This document shows positions 39,533 through 50,986 of a stretch of DNA of 64,000 nucleotides, piece by piece (position 1 is the first letter of the stretch; each line of letters starts with the position of its first letter). A program made the position numbers and the translations under genes. Under the pieces are notes generated by a model. That model was given only the letters and a program-made list of their open reading frames with translations. It did no database searches and was not told where the DNA came from. The stretch is taken from assembly GCA_964544135.1 (NCBI GenBank), contig CAZJAS010000002.1:54623-118622 (forward strand). Reading direction: 5' to 3'. The stretch comes from an uncultured Clostridium sp. (GTDB lineage: Bacteria; Bacillota; Clostridia; Lachnospirales; Lachnospiraceae).

Positions 39533-40615
39533 TTAGATTCTCTCCGCTATCAAAGTCCCCATTTGGGAACAGCCTGTTTGCCTGCAGCCCGCAGACATAA
39601 TATCACCGGTTCGGTAGCCTTCCCTTAAGACTGTTTCCACAGCCTCTTCAATGGCATCGGCTGCCTCATCCAAATCAAAACTATAACGCAGCATCATGGA
39701 TGCGCTTAATATAGTAGCGATGGGATTCGCAATATCCTGCCCTGCTATATCCGGTGCCGAACCATGACTGGGCTCATACAAACCGAATTTGGTATCATTT
39801 AAGGATGCCGATGCCAGCATACCGATAGAACCGGTCACCATACTTGCCTCATCGGACAAAATATCCCCGAACATATTCTCTGTCAATATAACATCGAATT
39901 GTGCCGGATTCCTAACAAGCTGCATGGCACAATTATCTACCAGCATATGCTCCAGAGTAACCTCCGGATAATCCTTCGCAACCTCTTCCACTACCTGACG
40001 CCATAATCTGGAAGAATCCAGTACATTGGCTTTATCCACACTGGTTACCTTGCATCTTCTCTTTTTTGCAATGTCAAACCCTTTTATAGCGATTCTACGA
40101 ACTTCCGTTTCATCATAAGTAAGTGTATCGGTAGCCTTACGAATACCGTTTTCCACTACCGTCCTGCGCTCTCCGAAATACAGACCCCCGGTCAGCTCTC
40201 TCATGATCATAATATCAAATCCTTCTGCGCTGATTTCTTCTCTTAACGGACATGCCTCAGCAAGTTCCTTATATAAATAAGCGGGTCTTAAATTAGCAAA
40301 TAAATTAAGCTCTTTACGAATTTTTAATAGTCCCGCTTCCGGTCTCTTTTCTGGAGAAAGCTTATACCAGGGAGAAGTCGTTGTATCCCCTCCGATCGAA
40401 CCCATGAGTACCGCGTCCGCTGCTTTAGCAGCAACGATTGCTTCCTCGGTCAAAGGAATTCCATGCACGTCAATAGAGGCTCCACCCATTAGAATATCTG
40501 TAAATTCAGGGGTAAATCCAAATTTTTTACCGGCCTTACCCAAAACTTTTTTTGCCTGGGCTATAATTTCCGGTCCGATCCCGTCACCGGGAATACAAGT
40601 AATCTTCAAATTCAT
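39533..40615 (-). CDS. leuB: 3-isopropylmalate dehydrogenase
   Basis: [11 protein letters not shown]-terminus, [12 protein letters not shown] signature. Confidence 0.9.
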   Translation of the reverse strand: MNLKITCIPGDGIGPEIIAQAKKVLGKAGKKFGFTPEFTDILMGGASIDVHGIPLTEEAIVAAKAADAVLMGSIGGDTTTSPWYKLSPEKRPEAGLLKIRKELNLFANLRPAYLYKELAEACPLREEISAEGFDIMIMRELTGGLYFGERRTVVENGIRKATDTLTYDETEVRRIAIKGFDIAKKRRCKVTSVDKANVLDSSRLWRQVVEEVAKDYPEVTLEHMLVDNCAMQLVRNPAQFDVILTENMFGDILSDEASMVTGSIGMLASASLNDTKFGLYEPSHGSAPDIAGQDIANPIATILSASMMLRYSFDLDEAADAIEEAVETVLREGYRTGDIMSAGCRQTGCSQMGTLIAERI

Positions 40616-40686
40616 TATGTAACTCCTTTTTTCTTATCTATTCTCATCATGCTGTGACGTGGTGCAGTAATAAAATTGCTTTTTTA

Positions 40687-40715
40687 ATAATACCCTACTA
40701 ATAGGAAAAATTCAA
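40687..40715 (-). promoter_or_regulatory. candidate sigma-A promoter of the leuB-iorAB-ilvDB operon
   Basis: TTGAAT-17 nt-TATTAT on the minus strand, directly after the yajC terminator. Confidence 0.45.
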
Positions 40716-40722
40716 TATAAAA

Positions 40723-40760
40723 GCAAAAAGTGTTGAAACCCTATCGGATTTCAACACTTC
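40723..40760 (-). terminator. intrinsic terminator downstream of yajC
   Basis: aagtgttgaaa-loop-tttcaacactt (40728-40759) followed by a T-run on the minus strand. Confidence 0.7.
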
Positions 40761-40782
40761 TAAGATTCTCTTTACTGTGTCA

Positions 40783-41091
40783 TTATGCCTCTCCGGGCTT
40801 TTCCACACGACTGATTGCCGATTTTTCCATAGGAATACGACAATTTTTGTTGTTACCAAATTCCACTATAATGGTATCATCATTAATATCTATTACTATG
40901 CCGATAAAACCCGATGTGGTAAGTACGCAATCTCCTGTTTCCAAAGAAGAAACCATAGCCGCATGTTTCTTTTGTTGTTTTTTTTGTGGTCTTGCAAAGA
41001 AAAAATACATTGCACCAATGATAAGTCCGTAAAAAATAACGATCCCGAATATGCTCATGCCACCCACATCACCACTCAATAAAATACCCAT
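40783..41091 (-). CDS. yajC: preprotein translocase subunit YajC
   Basis: Single TM then RPQKKQQKKH...GDCVLTTSGFIGIVIDINDDTIIVE. ATG at 41091 preceded by AGGAGG; longer track ORF (to 41175) lacks an RBS. Confidence 0.8.
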   Translation of the reverse strand: MGILLSGDVGGMSIFGIVIFYGLIIGAMYFFFARPQKKQQKKHAAMVSSLETGDCVLTTSGFIGIVIDINDDTIIVEFGNNKNCRIPMEKSAISRVEKPGEA

Positions 41092-41209
41092 GTTCTGTCC
41101 TCCTGTATTCCTTACACCACGTCCAATCCGCATATTTCGAAGATTGTCCGGATATCTATTGCATATCATACACAAATTCTAACCGAAGGGCAAGTACTTT
41201 ATAAAAATT

Positions 41210-42343
41210 TTATCCCTCTCTCGATGTGATGTTTTCCAGTTTATTCTTTTTATAGGAAGTAAACTCTTCCCTTTCCAAGGCATGTCTTATTTCTTGCATC
41301 ATGGTATTGTAAAAATATAGATTGTGGAGTACGCATAGACGCATCCCCAGCATTTCCTTTGCCTTTAATAAATGACGGATATAAGCCCTTGAGTATCTCC
41401 TGCAGGCCGGACAGTTACAGCCTTCTTCAATGGGGCGTTCATCCGTTTCATATCTGGCATTGAAAAGATTTCGTTTTCCGCGGTTGGTATAAAGATGTCC
41501 GTGTCTTCCGTTTCTTGTAGGGTATACACAGTCAAAAAAATCCACACCTCTTTCCACACCTTCTAATATATTGGCAGGGGTTCCCACTCCCATCAGATAG
41601 GTTGGTTTGTTTTTAGGAAGATAGGGTATGGTCTCATCTAAAATATGATACATCTCTTCATGGCTTTCTCCCACTGCCAATCCGCCGATTGCATAGCCGT
41701 CCAGCTCAATTTCGGATATGGTTTTTGCATGCTCGATACGGATATCGGAAAAGATAGCCCCCTGGTTAATCCCAAACAGCATTTGCTTTTTATTGATGGT
41801 ATCCTCCGATTCATTTAACCGGTCCATCTCTTTTTTGCACCGCTTTAGCCATCTGGTGGTTCGTTCTACTGAATCCTGTACATAAGCTCTTTCTGCTTTG
41901 GCACTTGGGCATTCATCAAAAGCCATCGCTATGGTGGAAGCCAAATTGGATTGGATCTGCATGCTTTCTTCCGGTCCCATAAAAATCTTTCTTCCGTCTA
42001 TATGAGAATTAAAATAAACCCCTTCCTCTTTGATTTTACGAAGCTTTGCCAACGAAAAAACCTGAAAACCTCCCGAATCCGTAAGTATCGGTTTATCCCA
42101 TGACATAAATTTATGAATACCGCCCATCTGCTTAATAATATGATCTCCCGGCCTTACATGTAAATGGTAAGTATTGGATAATTCCACCTGTGTACCGATA
42201 CCTTCCAAATCTTCGGTGGATACTGCCCCTTTAATGGCAGCCGCTGTTCCTACGTTCATAAAAACAGGTGTTTCTATCACTCCGTGAACTGTGTGGAGTT
42301 GGCCTCTCTTAGCTCGACCCTCCTGCTTTAATAAACGATACAT
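41210..42343 (-). CDS. tgt: tRNA-guanine transglycosylase (queuine tRNA-ribosyltransferase)
   Basis: TPVFMNVGT, DSGGFQ, zinc site CxCxxC...H (CNCPACRRYSRAYIRH). Confidence 0.9.
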   Translation of the reverse strand: MYRLLKQEGRAKRGQLHTVHGVIETPVFMNVGTAAAIKGAVSTEDLEGIGTQVELSNTYHLHVRPGDHIIKQMGGIHKFMSWDKPILTDSGGFQVFSLAKLRKIKEEGVYFNSHIDGRKIFMGPEESMQIQSNLASTIAMAFDECPSAKAERAYVQDSVERTTRWLKRCKKEMDRLNESEDTINKKQMLFGINQGAIFSDIRIEHAKTISEIELDGYAIGGLAVGESHEEMYHILDETIPYLPKNKPTYLMGVGTPANILEGVERGVDFFDCVYPTRNGRHGHLYTNRGKRNLFNARYETDERPIEEGCNCPACRRYSRAYIRHLLKAKEMLGMRLCVLHNLYFYNTMMQEIRHALEREEFTSYKKNKLENITSREG

Positions 42344-42346
42344 AAT

Positions 42347-43387
42347 CTATAAATCCTCCCAGAACTCTTCTAGTGTAATATCCTTATTTGTAATAACCGT
42401 AGCCGCTTCTAACCCAACATATCGAAAATGCCATGGTTCATATTGAATACCGGTAATATATTCTTTCCCTTCGGGATACCGTAAAATAAAACCATATTCC
42501 CAACTATGTTCTGCCAGCCATTTGCCGGTTTCCGTTTCTGCAAATCCTGCATTCAGGCTCTTATAGGTACTGCTGTAAAAATCAATCGCCAATCCGATTC
42601 TATGCTCACTTGCATTCGGAGAGGTTACTCTCAAAGAAGCTGTTTTGTAAGCATCCATATAGGACATGCCCAAATTCATATAGCTGTTAATCTTTTTCTT
42701 GAAAAGATAAGTTTGGCGATTGTAATCCCTGTAAGGAGAGCAAATAACCAAATCCACTCCATCATCCTTTGCTCCCTGCATCATGGCAAGTAAATCCTCT
42801 AAAATCCTTTCATCACATTTCATATTCCCACTGATGGTACCCAGCGGAAAGTTATAATCCTCAGGTATGGAATGCTGTTTATTTATTAATATCAATCTCC
42901 AGTCCGTTGCATCAAAGGAATAGTCAAAGTAATCGGTTGTTACGATATCGGATATCTCATTATTAGTTTCTATCCTATCAATATTATTGTCCTCAAGAAT
43001 CTCTTCCAATGTGTAAATATCAGGTTCTTCATCAGAAAGGTAATCCATATCTTCATATTCTTCAATGGCATCCACATCAATAAAAGCAACCTCTTGGGCA
43101 TTGATTTCCTGTTCTGCCATAAGCTGGGCACCGTCTTCTGCCGGGGATGTTATAGGAATTTGTTCATGCAGGCTTTCCGGAGATGCAAAGCTTGAGCCGG
43201 TCACTAAAAAAATCAACAGTAAAACTACACAGGAATAACGTTTGCCATTGGAGGCAATATTGTTACCTATGTAATACAAAGAAAGCAATACCGTCATATA
43301 TAACATCACGGGCACCTTCATCCAACTATGTTTTTTTATTATCCCCATACAATGAGATTTTATTTTTTGTTTTACAGGTTTTTCCAT
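42347..43387 (-). CDS. VanY-like D-alanyl-D-alanine carboxypeptidase (M15 family), membrane anchored; start uncertain (track: 43438)
   Basis: SPYRDYNRQ, SEHRIGLAIDF, EPWHFRYVG motifs; N-terminal TM and acidic linker. Confidence 0.7.
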   Translation of the reverse strand: MEKPVKQKIKSHCMGIIKKHSWMKVPVMLYMTVLLSLYYIGNNIASNGKRYSCVVLLLIFLVTGSSFASPESLHEQIPITSPAEDGAQLMAEQEINAQEVAFIDVDAIEEYEDMDYLSDEEPDIYTLEEILEDNNIDRIETNNEISDIVTTDYFDYSFDATDWRLILINKQHSIPEDYNFPLGTISGNMKCDERILEDLLAMMQGAKDDGVDLVICSPYRDYNRQTYLFKKKINSYMNLGMSYMDAYKTASLRVTSPNASEHRIGLAIDFYSSTYKSLNAGFAETETGKWLAEHSWEYGFILRYPEGKEYITGIQYEPWHFRYVGLEAATVITNKDITLEEFWEDL

Positions 43388-43493
43388 ATTTTTCTCACTT
43401 AAATATATTTGAATACACCTACTGATATAATAGCACATTTATTACCCTAATGCACCACTTTTCTACTTTTTAGTACAAAATATCACATTTATA

Positions 43494-43522
43494 TTGGCAT
43501 CTTTTCAGATTTGTATTATATT
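43494..43522 (+). promoter_or_regulatory. candidate sigma-A promoter of aroC
   Basis: TTGGCA-17 nt-TATATT. Confidence 0.4.
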
Positions 43523-43570
43523 CTATTGTATAGTAAACTCAAAGATAGAAAATGCATGAAGGAGGCTGTT

Positions 43571-44671
43571 ATGGCTGGTTCAACATATGGTACTATTTTT
43601 AAAATCACAACATGGGGAGAGTCCCATGGAAAAGCACTTGGTGTGGTTGTGGACGGATGTCCCGCAGGTCTGCCTCTTTCAGAAGCGGATATTCAACCAT
43701 ACCTTGACAGGCGTAAGCCCGGAAAAAGCAGCATATCCACTACCCGCAGGGAAGAGGATGAAGTAGAAATCCTTTCCGGTGTTTTTGAGGGCTGTACCAC
43801 CGGTGCTCCAATATCAATGCTTGTAAAAAATACATCCCAACGCTCAGGAGACTATAGTGAAATTTCTTCCTATTACAGGCCGGGACATGCAGACTTTACC
43901 TTTGATGCCAAATACGGTTTTCGTGATTATAGGGGCGGCGGACGTTCCTCCGGTCGTGAAACCATAAGCCGTGTTGCCGCAGGTGCCATTGCTGCAAAGC
44001 TTTTATGCGAGCTGGGAATTACGGTTACCGCCTATACTCGATCTCTGGGTCCTATAGAAGCTGATTTGTCAGTATTTGACAAGGATGCAATTTTAACCAC
44101 AATAACCGCCATGCCTGATAAAAAAGCCTCTGCACTTGCAGAATCCTATTTAAAAGAAACCATGTCAGAGCTTAACTCTTTGGGCGGCGTTATGGAATGT
44201 ATCGTAGAAGGCTTGCCTGCAGGCATCGGAGATCCGGTCTTTGAAAAGCTTGATGCTAATTTAAGCAAGGCTATTATGTCCATCGGTGCCGTGAAAGCCG
44301 TGGAAATCGGAGATGGTATTTTAGTTTCCAAATCCAAAGGCAGCGAAAATAATGATGCTTTCTACATGGACGGCTCTTCTGTCAGTAAAAAAGCCAATCA
44401 TGCAGGGGGTATCCTGGGTGGTATCAGTGACGGTAGTCCCATCCTAGTCCGTGCTCATGTAAAGCCCACTCCTTCTATTTTTCAAAAACAAGACACTGTT
44501 AATAAAAACGGAGAAAATATTTCAGTACAAATTAAAGGACGTCATGATCCGGTCATTGTTCCCAGAGCTGTTGTCATTATGGAATCCATGATAGCCATTA
44601 CCATTATAGACGCACTCATGGTGAATATGAGTGCACAGACAAAAAACCTCATCTCATTTTATAAAAAGTAA
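43571..44671 (+). CDS. aroC: chorismate synthase
   Basis: FKITTWGESHG, GGGRSSGRETISRV signatures. ATG at 43571 follows GAAGGAGG. Confidence 0.9.
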   Translation: MAGSTYGTIFKITTWGESHGKALGVVVDGCPAGLPLSEADIQPYLDRRKPGKSSISTTRREEDEVEILSGVFEGCTTGAPISMLVKNTSQRSGDYSEISSYYRPGHADFTFDAKYGFRDYRGGGRSSGRETISRVAAGAIAAKLLCELGITVTAYTRSLGPIEADLSVFDKDAILTTITAMPDKKASALAESYLKETMSELNSLGGVMECIVEGLPAGIGDPVFEKLDANLSKAIMSIGAVKAVEIGDGILVSKSKGSENNDAFYMDGSSVSKKANHAGGILGGISDGSPILVRAHVKPTPSIFQKQDTVNKNGENISVQIKGRHDPVIVPRAVVIMESMIAITIIDALMVNMSAQTKNLISFYKK

Positions 44672-44727
44672 CTTTGTAGGCAATTGCAATACTCATTTTA
44701 AGTGCCTAAAAGGAACTTGCTTTACAA

Positions 44728-44768
44728 AAAGGGTATTCTCAAAGCCTATTGTTTTGAGAATACCCTTT
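44728..44768. terminator. bidirectional intrinsic terminator
   Basis: 16-bp stem aaagggtattctcaaa / tttgagaatacccttt with 9-nt loop. Confidence 0.7.
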
Positions 44769-44791
44769 ATGTATTGAATCAATATTGTATA

Positions 44792-45403
44792 TTATTTCTC
44801 TACACCCCTTGCGGAATAATAGTCATTAAATTTTTTGTTAATTACATCTCTTGTCTGATAACAAATAGCGGGTAATTTGCCTCCCCATGTTTTTTCTGCC
44901 TCAGCATATCCTTTTTCAATTGCCGCCTGCATTTCTTTCATCTTACCAACATCATCCCCTGCCAAAGCGCTTGCAAAATCAAACATACGGTCTGCTGTTT
45001 GCTTCACACCATAGTAACCATTCTCTGAAATATCCGCCTGAGCCTGTGCTTTGGTTGCAGGATCTACATTATACTTACCGCTTGCTAAAAATTTCCAAAT
45101 CCCATTTGCCTGACCATATGCATTCGTCTGTTTAGAGAGCATCTGATCCACTAAGGAAACAAGCTGACTTTGTCTGTAATCCGCATCTGCTTTCAATTTG
45201 GATACCAGTGCCTGCCTGTCTTCTGCACTCATCTTGTTAACCTTGTACGTCGCATTCTTATTGCTGTCCTGTGACGCTTCATAAACCGCTCCCGCTTCTG
45301 TTGCATTGGAAGCTACATCTGTTTTTGTTTCATTTGTCTTTGCCGCGTAATCACCTGCATAAGCCTGTGTTGTTGCATTCGAATTCACTACACCTACACT
45401 CAT
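44792..45403 (-). CDS. hypothetical protein (no family recognised)
   Basis: 203-aa open frame with its own terminator; no signal peptide or motif identified. Confidence 0.45.
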   Translation of the reverse strand: MSVGVVNSNATTQAYAGDYAAKTNETKTDVASNATEAGAVYEASQDSNKNATYKVNKMSAEDRQALVSKLKADADYRQSQLVSLVDQMLSKQTNAYGQANGIWKFLASGKYNVDPATKAQAQADISENGYYGVKQTADRMFDFASALAGDDVGKMKEMQAAIEKGYAEAEKTWGGKLPAICYQTRDVINKKFNDYYSARGVEK

Positions 45404-45492
45404 ATATTTTTCCTCCTTGATTGGCTGGATGCAATTCCTTTTGCATCATATTTAGACTACTATTTTCTATATCGGACAGATAAGAGTTTTTA

Positions 45493-46554
45493 TTAACCCT
45501 CTATCTTATAAAATGTAATACAATTAGGCCTATCCACCAAAATTTCTCTGGTAGACATCATAATTACCTTCTTATCTAAATCCACGGAGAAAAAAGTCAT
45601 GGTATCGGAAGCATGATTTAAGGAAACCAGATGCTTATTATCCGGAAACATTGCCACATCCTTTGGATAATCACCGCTTATGGGAAGACAGAGCAGCTTA
45701 TCCAGCAGGCCGGTACTACTATCTGTTTTATAAATTGCCACTGTATTCTCTCCTGCTGTAGAGGTCAGTAAATAATCATAGTCTTGTGAAAAGGATAGCG
45801 CACTGGCAGAGGATCCATAGTCATTTTCATTCGTCTCTGTTGTACTCACGGTCTGTATTCTTTCAAAATAGGGGTTCCCGTTTTCTTCCGTATAAGCGTA
45901 AACCGTAATATTACAGGCTAATTCATGCACAATATAGATATATCTGCCATCTTTTGAAATCTTAATATGCCTGGGTGCAGATTCAATATCACCACGTACC
46001 ACATCCGCAAGCTTTAAAGTGCCTTTATTTACATCAAAGCGATATACATTGACATGATCCATTCCCTGGTCTGCAACCAAAAGATATTTATTATCATGTG
46101 TCATCCTGGCACAATTAATATGGGGCCTGAAATTACGTTCTGTCACACTGCCCAATCCTTTATGAAATATCTCATCTGTAATATCACCGATGGAGCCGTC
46201 TTCATTTAACTTTAATACGGTAAGCTTTCCGTCATGATAACCGGCTACAAAGAGATATTTGTCTTCATAGTCAGTAGAAAGATAACAGCCCCGCATGCCG
46301 TTGATAGGTGCAAAGTTAATTAAATCCAGGCTGCCGTCTTTTAATATGGTATATGCCTCTACGCCAAAATCCGTTATAGAGTACAAATAGTTGTTTTTCT
46401 TGGAAGTAGTAACATAGGATGAGTTGGTAATTTCCACCTGATCCTTCTCCACAAAGCTGCCATTTTCAATATCCACATCATAAATTTTAATGCCATGCTT
46501 ATCTCCCATTGTATAGGTAGCAACATATGCCACGTACTTTTCCTTATTAGCCAT
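45493..46554 (-). CDS. lactonase family beta-propeller protein (6-phosphogluconolactonase-like)
   Basis: Repetitive beta-propeller pattern, N-terminus YVATYT..., length about 350 aa as in YbhE-type lactonases. Confidence 0.55.
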   Translation of the reverse strand: MANKEKYVAYVATYTMGDKHGIKIYDVDIENGSFVEKDQVEITNSSYVTTSKKNNYLYSITDFGVEAYTILKDGSLDLINFAPINGMRGCYLSTDYEDKYLFVAGYHDGKLTVLKLNEDGSIGDITDEIFHKGLGSVTERNFRPHINCARMTHDNKYLLVADQGMDHVNVYRFDVNKGTLKLADVVRGDIESAPRHIKISKDGRYIYIVHELACNITVYAYTEENGNPYFERIQTVSTTETNENDYGSSASALSFSQDYDYLLTSTAGENTVAIYKTDSSTGLLDKLLCLPISGDYPKDVAMFPDNKHLVSLNHASDTMTFFSVDLDKKVIMMSTREILVDRPNCITFYKIEG

Positions 46555-46777
46555 ATAGAATCCTCCGTATCTGTCATTCTTAAGAATAAATATAACATAT
46601 TATCCCTTTTTTGTTAATCGTAATCTTACTAATTGCTTAGTTTTTCTTATTTTACATAATTTTACACGAGACTTGAAAAATTGCGTTGCTTTTTCTAACG
46701 TTTCAGTATAAAATTAAGCGGAAAATAGGTACCCGTATTTGTACTCTGTTTTCACTACTTTCGGGAGGTTTGCAAAC

Positions 46778-47851
46778 ATGAATCATGTATTGGTAAATCT
46801 GGAGCATATATCCAAATCATATAATGGTCAGATGGTGCTTGATGATTTGAATTTATATATAAGAGAAAATGAGTTTTTGACACTGTTAGGTCCCAGTGGC
46901 TGCGGCAAAACAACTACACTGCGTATTTTGGGCGGCTTTGAACGTCCTGATTCCGGTAAAGTTATATTTAAAAACAAGGATATCACCAATCTTCCTGCCA
47001 ACAAACGTTTGTTAAATACTGTTTTTCAAAAGTATGCTCTTTTTTCGCATATGAATATTGCTGAAAATATTGCTTTCGGTTTGAAAATAAAAAATAAAAG
47101 TAAATCTTATATAGACGATAAAATCAAATATGCTCTTAAGCTTGTTAACCTTGACGGCTACGAAAAAAGAATGCCCGATTCCCTTTCCGGTGGACAACAA
47201 CAGCGTATTGCCATCGCTAGGGCGATTGTAAATGAACCCAAGCTTCTGCTATTAGATGAGCCCCTGGGTGCTCTTGATCTTAAGCTGCGACAGGATATGC
47301 AATATGAATTGATCCGTTTAAAAAACGAACTGGGTATTACCTTTATTTATGTTACCCATGATCAGGAAGAAGCCCTTACCATGTCTGATACTATCGTGGT
47401 TATGAACCAAGGCTATATCCAGCAAATAGGTACTCCGGAACGTATTTATAATGAGCCTGAAAATGCTTTTGTAGCGGATTTTATCGGTGATAGCAATATT
47501 ATCGGAGCTACCATGATACAGGACGAATTGGTAGAAATCCTAGGTGCCCGCTTTGCCTGCATGGATAAAGGCTTCGGGCAAAATAAACCCGTGGACGTAG
47601 TAATCCGTCCGGAAGACGTTGAGCTGGTGAAGCCGGAAGTAGGCACTATAAGCGGTTTGGTATCTCATATTATATTTAAGGGTGTTCATTATGAAATGGA
47701 GGTGCAGGCATGCGGCTTTGAATGGCTGGTACATTCTACCCATATGTTCCCTGTGGGCACTCCGGTTGGTATTATAGTTGATCCTTATAATATCCAAATA
47801 ATGCAGAAACCAAAATCAGAAGATGAGGAGGCAGTTAAAATAGATGAATAA
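46778..47851 (+). CDS. potA: spermidine/putrescine ABC transporter ATP-binding protein
   Basis: Walker [19 protein letters not shown]-terminal TOBE-like domain. ATG at 46778 follows GGGAGG. Confidence 0.85.
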   Translation: MNHVLVNLEHISKSYNGQMVLDDLNLYIRENEFLTLLGPSGCGKTTTLRILGGFERPDSGKVIFKNKDITNLPANKRLLNTVFQKYALFSHMNIAENIAFGLKIKNKSKSYIDDKIKYALKLVNLDGYEKRMPDSLSGGQQQRIAIARAIVNEPKLLLLDEPLGALDLKLRQDMQYELIRLKNELGITFIYVTHDQEEALTMSDTIVVMNQGYIQQIGTPERIYNEPENAFVADFIGDSNIIGATMIQDELVEILGARFACMDKGFGQNKPVDVVIRPEDVELVKPEVGTISGLVSHIIFKGVHYEMEVQACGFEWLVHSTHMFPVGTPVGIIVDPYNIQIMQKPKSEDEEAVKIDE

Positions 47852-48656
47852 AAAAATGCTCTCCCTGCCCTACCTGTTTTGGTGTATTGCCTTTATAGTT
47901 ATCCCTCTTTGTATGGTGCTATATTATGGCTTGACTGATAAAACAGGGGCTTTTACACTTTCTAATATTACCGCAATTGCGACTGCAGAGCATTCCAAGG
48001 CTCTGTGGTTTTCACTGTTGCTTTCATTGGCAAGCACAGTTATTTGCCTGCTGCTATCCTATCCCCTTGCCAGAATTTTATCAAATATGAATGTAAGTCA
48101 GCATTCTTTTATTGTACTTATTTTTATTCTTCCCATGTGGATGAATTTTTTGCTGCGAACTATGGCATGGCAGACGCTTCTGGAAAAAAACGGGGTTATT
48201 AATTCTATCTTACATTATTTGCATCTGCCCTCCCTAAATATTATTAATACCCCATCCGCTATTATTTTGGGTATGGTATATAACTTTCTGCCCTTTATGG
48301 TATTACCCATTTATAATTCACTCACGAAGATTGACCCCAATGTTATAAATGCCGCAAAGGATTTGGGTGCGGGCTCTTTTCAGACCTTTATCAGAATCAT
48401 ATTTCCGTTAAGCCTGCCGGGCATTATCAGCGGCATCACCATGGTCTTTGTACCTGCACTGACTACCTTTGTTATTTCTACCCTGCTTGGGGGAAGTAAA
48501 ATACTGCTGATCGGCAATGTGATTGAACAAGAATTTACGCAAACGGGCAACTGGCATCTGGGAAGCGGGCTCTCCATCGTTCTTATGGCATTTATTCACA
48601 TAAATATAGTTTTATCGGTTATTTTTGACAAGAATGGGGAGGGAAATGCTATATGA
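47844..48656 (+). CDS. potB: spermidine/putrescine ABC transporter permease
   Basis: BPD-type permease, overlaps potA and potC. Confidence 0.8.
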   Translation: MNKKMLSLPYLFWCIAFIVIPLCMVLYYGLTDKTGAFTLSNITAIATAEHSKALWFSLLLSLASTVICLLLSYPLARILSNMNVSQHSFIVLIFILPMWMNFLLRTMAWQTLLEKNGVINSILHYLHLPSLNIINTPSAIILGMVYNFLPFMVLPIYNSLTKIDPNVINAAKDLGAGSFQTFIRIIFPLSLPGIISGITMVFVPALTTFVISTLLGGSKILLIGNVIEQEFTQTGNWHLGSGLSIVLMAFIHINIVLSVIFDKNGEGNAI

Positions 48657-49426
48657 AAAATACATTACGCCGTATTTATATCTTCCTCATTATTTTGTTT
48701 TTATATGCCCCAATCGGAACTCTTACCATCCTATCCTTTAATGCGAGTAAGTCCCGTACAAAATGGGGTGGTTTTACTCTAAAATGGTATCAAGCGCTCT
48801 TTGAAAATGAACAGATTCTACATGCTCTTTGGAATACGCTTGCTATTGCTTTATTATCTTCCTTATTTGCCACCATAATCGGCACTATCGCCTGTTTGGC
48901 CATGCAGGGTATGAAAAAAAGAAATCGAGCCATTATAATTGGTATTACTAATATTCCTATGCTGAATGCTGAAATTTTAACGGGTATATCCCTTATGCTA
49001 TTATTTATAGTGCTGGGGGTACAATTCGGATTTTTTACCATCTTACTGGCTCATATTACCTTTAATATCCCTTATGTGATATTAAGTGTTATGCCCAGAA
49101 TCAAACAGCTTAATCCCAGTATTTATGAAGCGGCCTTAGACTTGGGCTGCTCTCCTTTCCAGGCATTTTTTAAAGTCATTTTTCCGGATATCCTTCCGGG
49201 AGTACTTTCTGGATTTTTAATGGCTTTTACTATGTCTTTAGATGATTTTATCATTACTCATTTTACAAAAGGCCCCGGTATCGATACTTTGTCCACCAAG
49301 ATTTATACAGAGGTCAAAAAAGGAATTAAACCTGAAATGTATGCCCTGTCCACCATTATCTTCCTCACCGTGCTGGTGTTGCTGATTTTGATAAATAGGA
49401 CACCTAAAGAAAAAGTGCAAAAATAA
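48653..49426 (+). CDS. potC: spermidine/putrescine ABC transporter permease
   Basis: BPD-type permease with EAALDLG motif. Confidence 0.8.
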   Translation: MKNTLRRIYIFLIILFLYAPIGTLTILSFNASKSRTKWGGFTLKWYQALFENEQILHALWNTLAIALLSSLFATIIGTIACLAMQGMKKRNRAIIIGITNIPMLNAEILTGISLMLLFIVLGVQFGFFTILLAHITFNIPYVILSVMPRIKQLNPSIYEAALDLGCSPFQAFFKVIFPDILPGVLSGFLMAFTMSLDDFIITHFTKGPGIDTLSTKIYTEVKKGIKPEMYALSTIIFLTVLVLLILINRTPKEKVQK

Positions 49427-49458
49427 TAATTTAATTATGCACACAAGGAGGAAATTAT

Positions 49459-50529
49459 ATGAAAAAACGAATTTTACCGGTTATCTGTATTCTAATAACA
49501 GCATTTTTGCTTTCCGGTTGTGGTTCTGCCGACAAGTTTCCAAACGGAGTTGTATATGTTTATAACTGGGGAGAATACATCGATAAGGAAACCATAAATC
49601 TTTTTGAACAAGAAACTGGGATTCAGGTTATATATGATGAATTTGAAACAAACGAAACCATGTATCCTAAGGTAGAGGCCGGTGCGTCAAATTATGATGT
49701 GGTCTGTCCTTCCGATTACATGATTCAGAAAATGATAGACAATGATTTATTAGCAGAGTTAAACTGGGATAACCTTCCCAATGCAAAAGCCAATATCGGT
49801 GCTCAGTATTATGAGCAGGCGAATGCTTTTGATATGGGAAATAAATATTGTGTTCCCTATTGCTGGGGGACCGTAGGTATCCTATATAATACCACGATGG
49901 TAGATGAGCCTGTAAATAGCTGGTCCATTCTGTGGAACGATAAATACAAAGACAGCATACTGATGCAGGAATCCGTTCGTGACCTTTTTATGGTTGCCCT
50001 TAAGGAATTGGGATATTCCATGAACAGCACCGATGAAGCTGAGCTTCAGGAGGCTAAGGATCTCTTAATTGAGCAAAAGCCCCTTGTGCAAGCTTATGTT
50101 ATCGACCAAGTAAGGGATAAGATGATCGGCGGTGAAGCCGCTCTTGGTGTCATCTACTCAGGTGAAGCAATTTACACCCAAAGGGAAAATGAGGATCTGG
50201 AATATGTCATCCCCGAGGAAGGCACTAATGTATGGATTGATGGCTGGGTGATTCCTAAGAATGCATCCAATAAAGAAAATGCCGAGAAATTTATTGATTT
50301 TATGTGCCGCGGGGATATTGCATTACTTAATTTTGAATATATTACTTATTCCACTCCCAATACCGCAGCCAAGGAATTGATTGAGGACGAAAGCATTAAA
50401 AATTCCGAGATAGCCTTTCCTGATTTATCTCAATATAATAATATGGAAACCTTTTCCTATCTCGGGGAAGATGCAGACACTCTGTATAATAATCTCTGGA
50501 AAGAAATCAAATCCTATACATCTTATTAA
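49459..50529 (+). CDS. potD: spermidine/putrescine-binding lipoprotein
   Basis: Lipoprotein signal (LLSGC), PotD-like YNWGEYI motif. Confidence 0.8.
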   Translation: MKKRILPVICILITAFLLSGCGSADKFPNGVVYVYNWGEYIDKETINLFEQETGIQVIYDEFETNETMYPKVEAGASNYDVVCPSDYMIQKMIDNDLLAELNWDNLPNAKANIGAQYYEQANAFDMGNKYCVPYCWGTVGILYNTTMVDEPVNSWSILWNDKYKDSILMQESVRDLFMVALKELGYSMNSTDEAELQEAKDLLIEQKPLVQAYVIDQVRDKMIGGEAALGVIYSGEAIYTQRENEDLEYVIPEEGTNVWIDGWVIPKNASNKENAEKFIDFMCRGDIALLNFEYITYSTPNTAAKELIEDESIKNSEIAFPDLSQYNNMETFSYLGEDADTLYNNLWKEIKSYTSY

Positions 50530-50576
50530 AATTTACGGCATGATTCATTGAGTTAATATATCACTTGATTTATTAC

Positions 50577-50612
50577 AAAAAATCCCGTTGGATCATCATC
50601 CAACGGGGTTTT
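50577..50612. terminator. bidirectional intrinsic terminator
   Basis: cccgttggat-catc-atccaacggg (50584-50607) flanked by A-run and T-run. Confidence 0.75.
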
Positions 50613-50614
50613 TA

Positions 50615-50974
50615 TTATTTTAACACTTCATTTAATGCGTTGATAACCTGCTCCGGTTTATAGGGCTTACATATAAATTCTTTTGCACCCTCTTTTAAAG
50701 ATTCCACTAACATAGAGGATTGTCCCGCTGCAGTCAGCATAATAACTTTTGCATTTTTATCGTAATTCATTATTCCTTTCAGACAACTGATACCATCCTT
50801 TACCGGCATGGTAATATCCATAGTAACAGCATCGGGCTTTGTTTCCTTATAAAGGTTAATTCCTTCTTCCCCGTTTCCTGCTTCTCCCACTATCTCATGA
50901 CCGATGCCTTCTAATATCCCTCTCAGCATACGCCTTGACATTCTTGAATCATCTACAATTAAAATCTTAGCCAT
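50615..50974 (-). CDS. cheY: CheY-like single-domain response regulator
   Basis: ILIVDDS, phospho-acceptor TMDITMP, conserved K in CKPYK; 119 aa. Confidence 0.8.
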   Translation of the reverse strand: MAKILIVDDSRMSRRMLRGILEGIGHEIVGEAGNGEEGINLYKETKPDAVTMDITMPVKDGISCLKGIMNYDKNAKVIMLTAAGQSSMLVESLKEGAKEFICKPYKPEQVINALNEVLK

Positions 50975-50986
50975 TACCTTCTCCTC

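Noticed and set aside
40783-41175. Long form of yajC (130 aa) and overlapping plus-strand ORFs 40730..41032 and 40777..41082
   Set aside because: The internal ATG at 41091 has an AGGAGG RBS and gives a canonical YajC of about 100 aa. The N-terminal extension and the plus-strand ORFs have no support.
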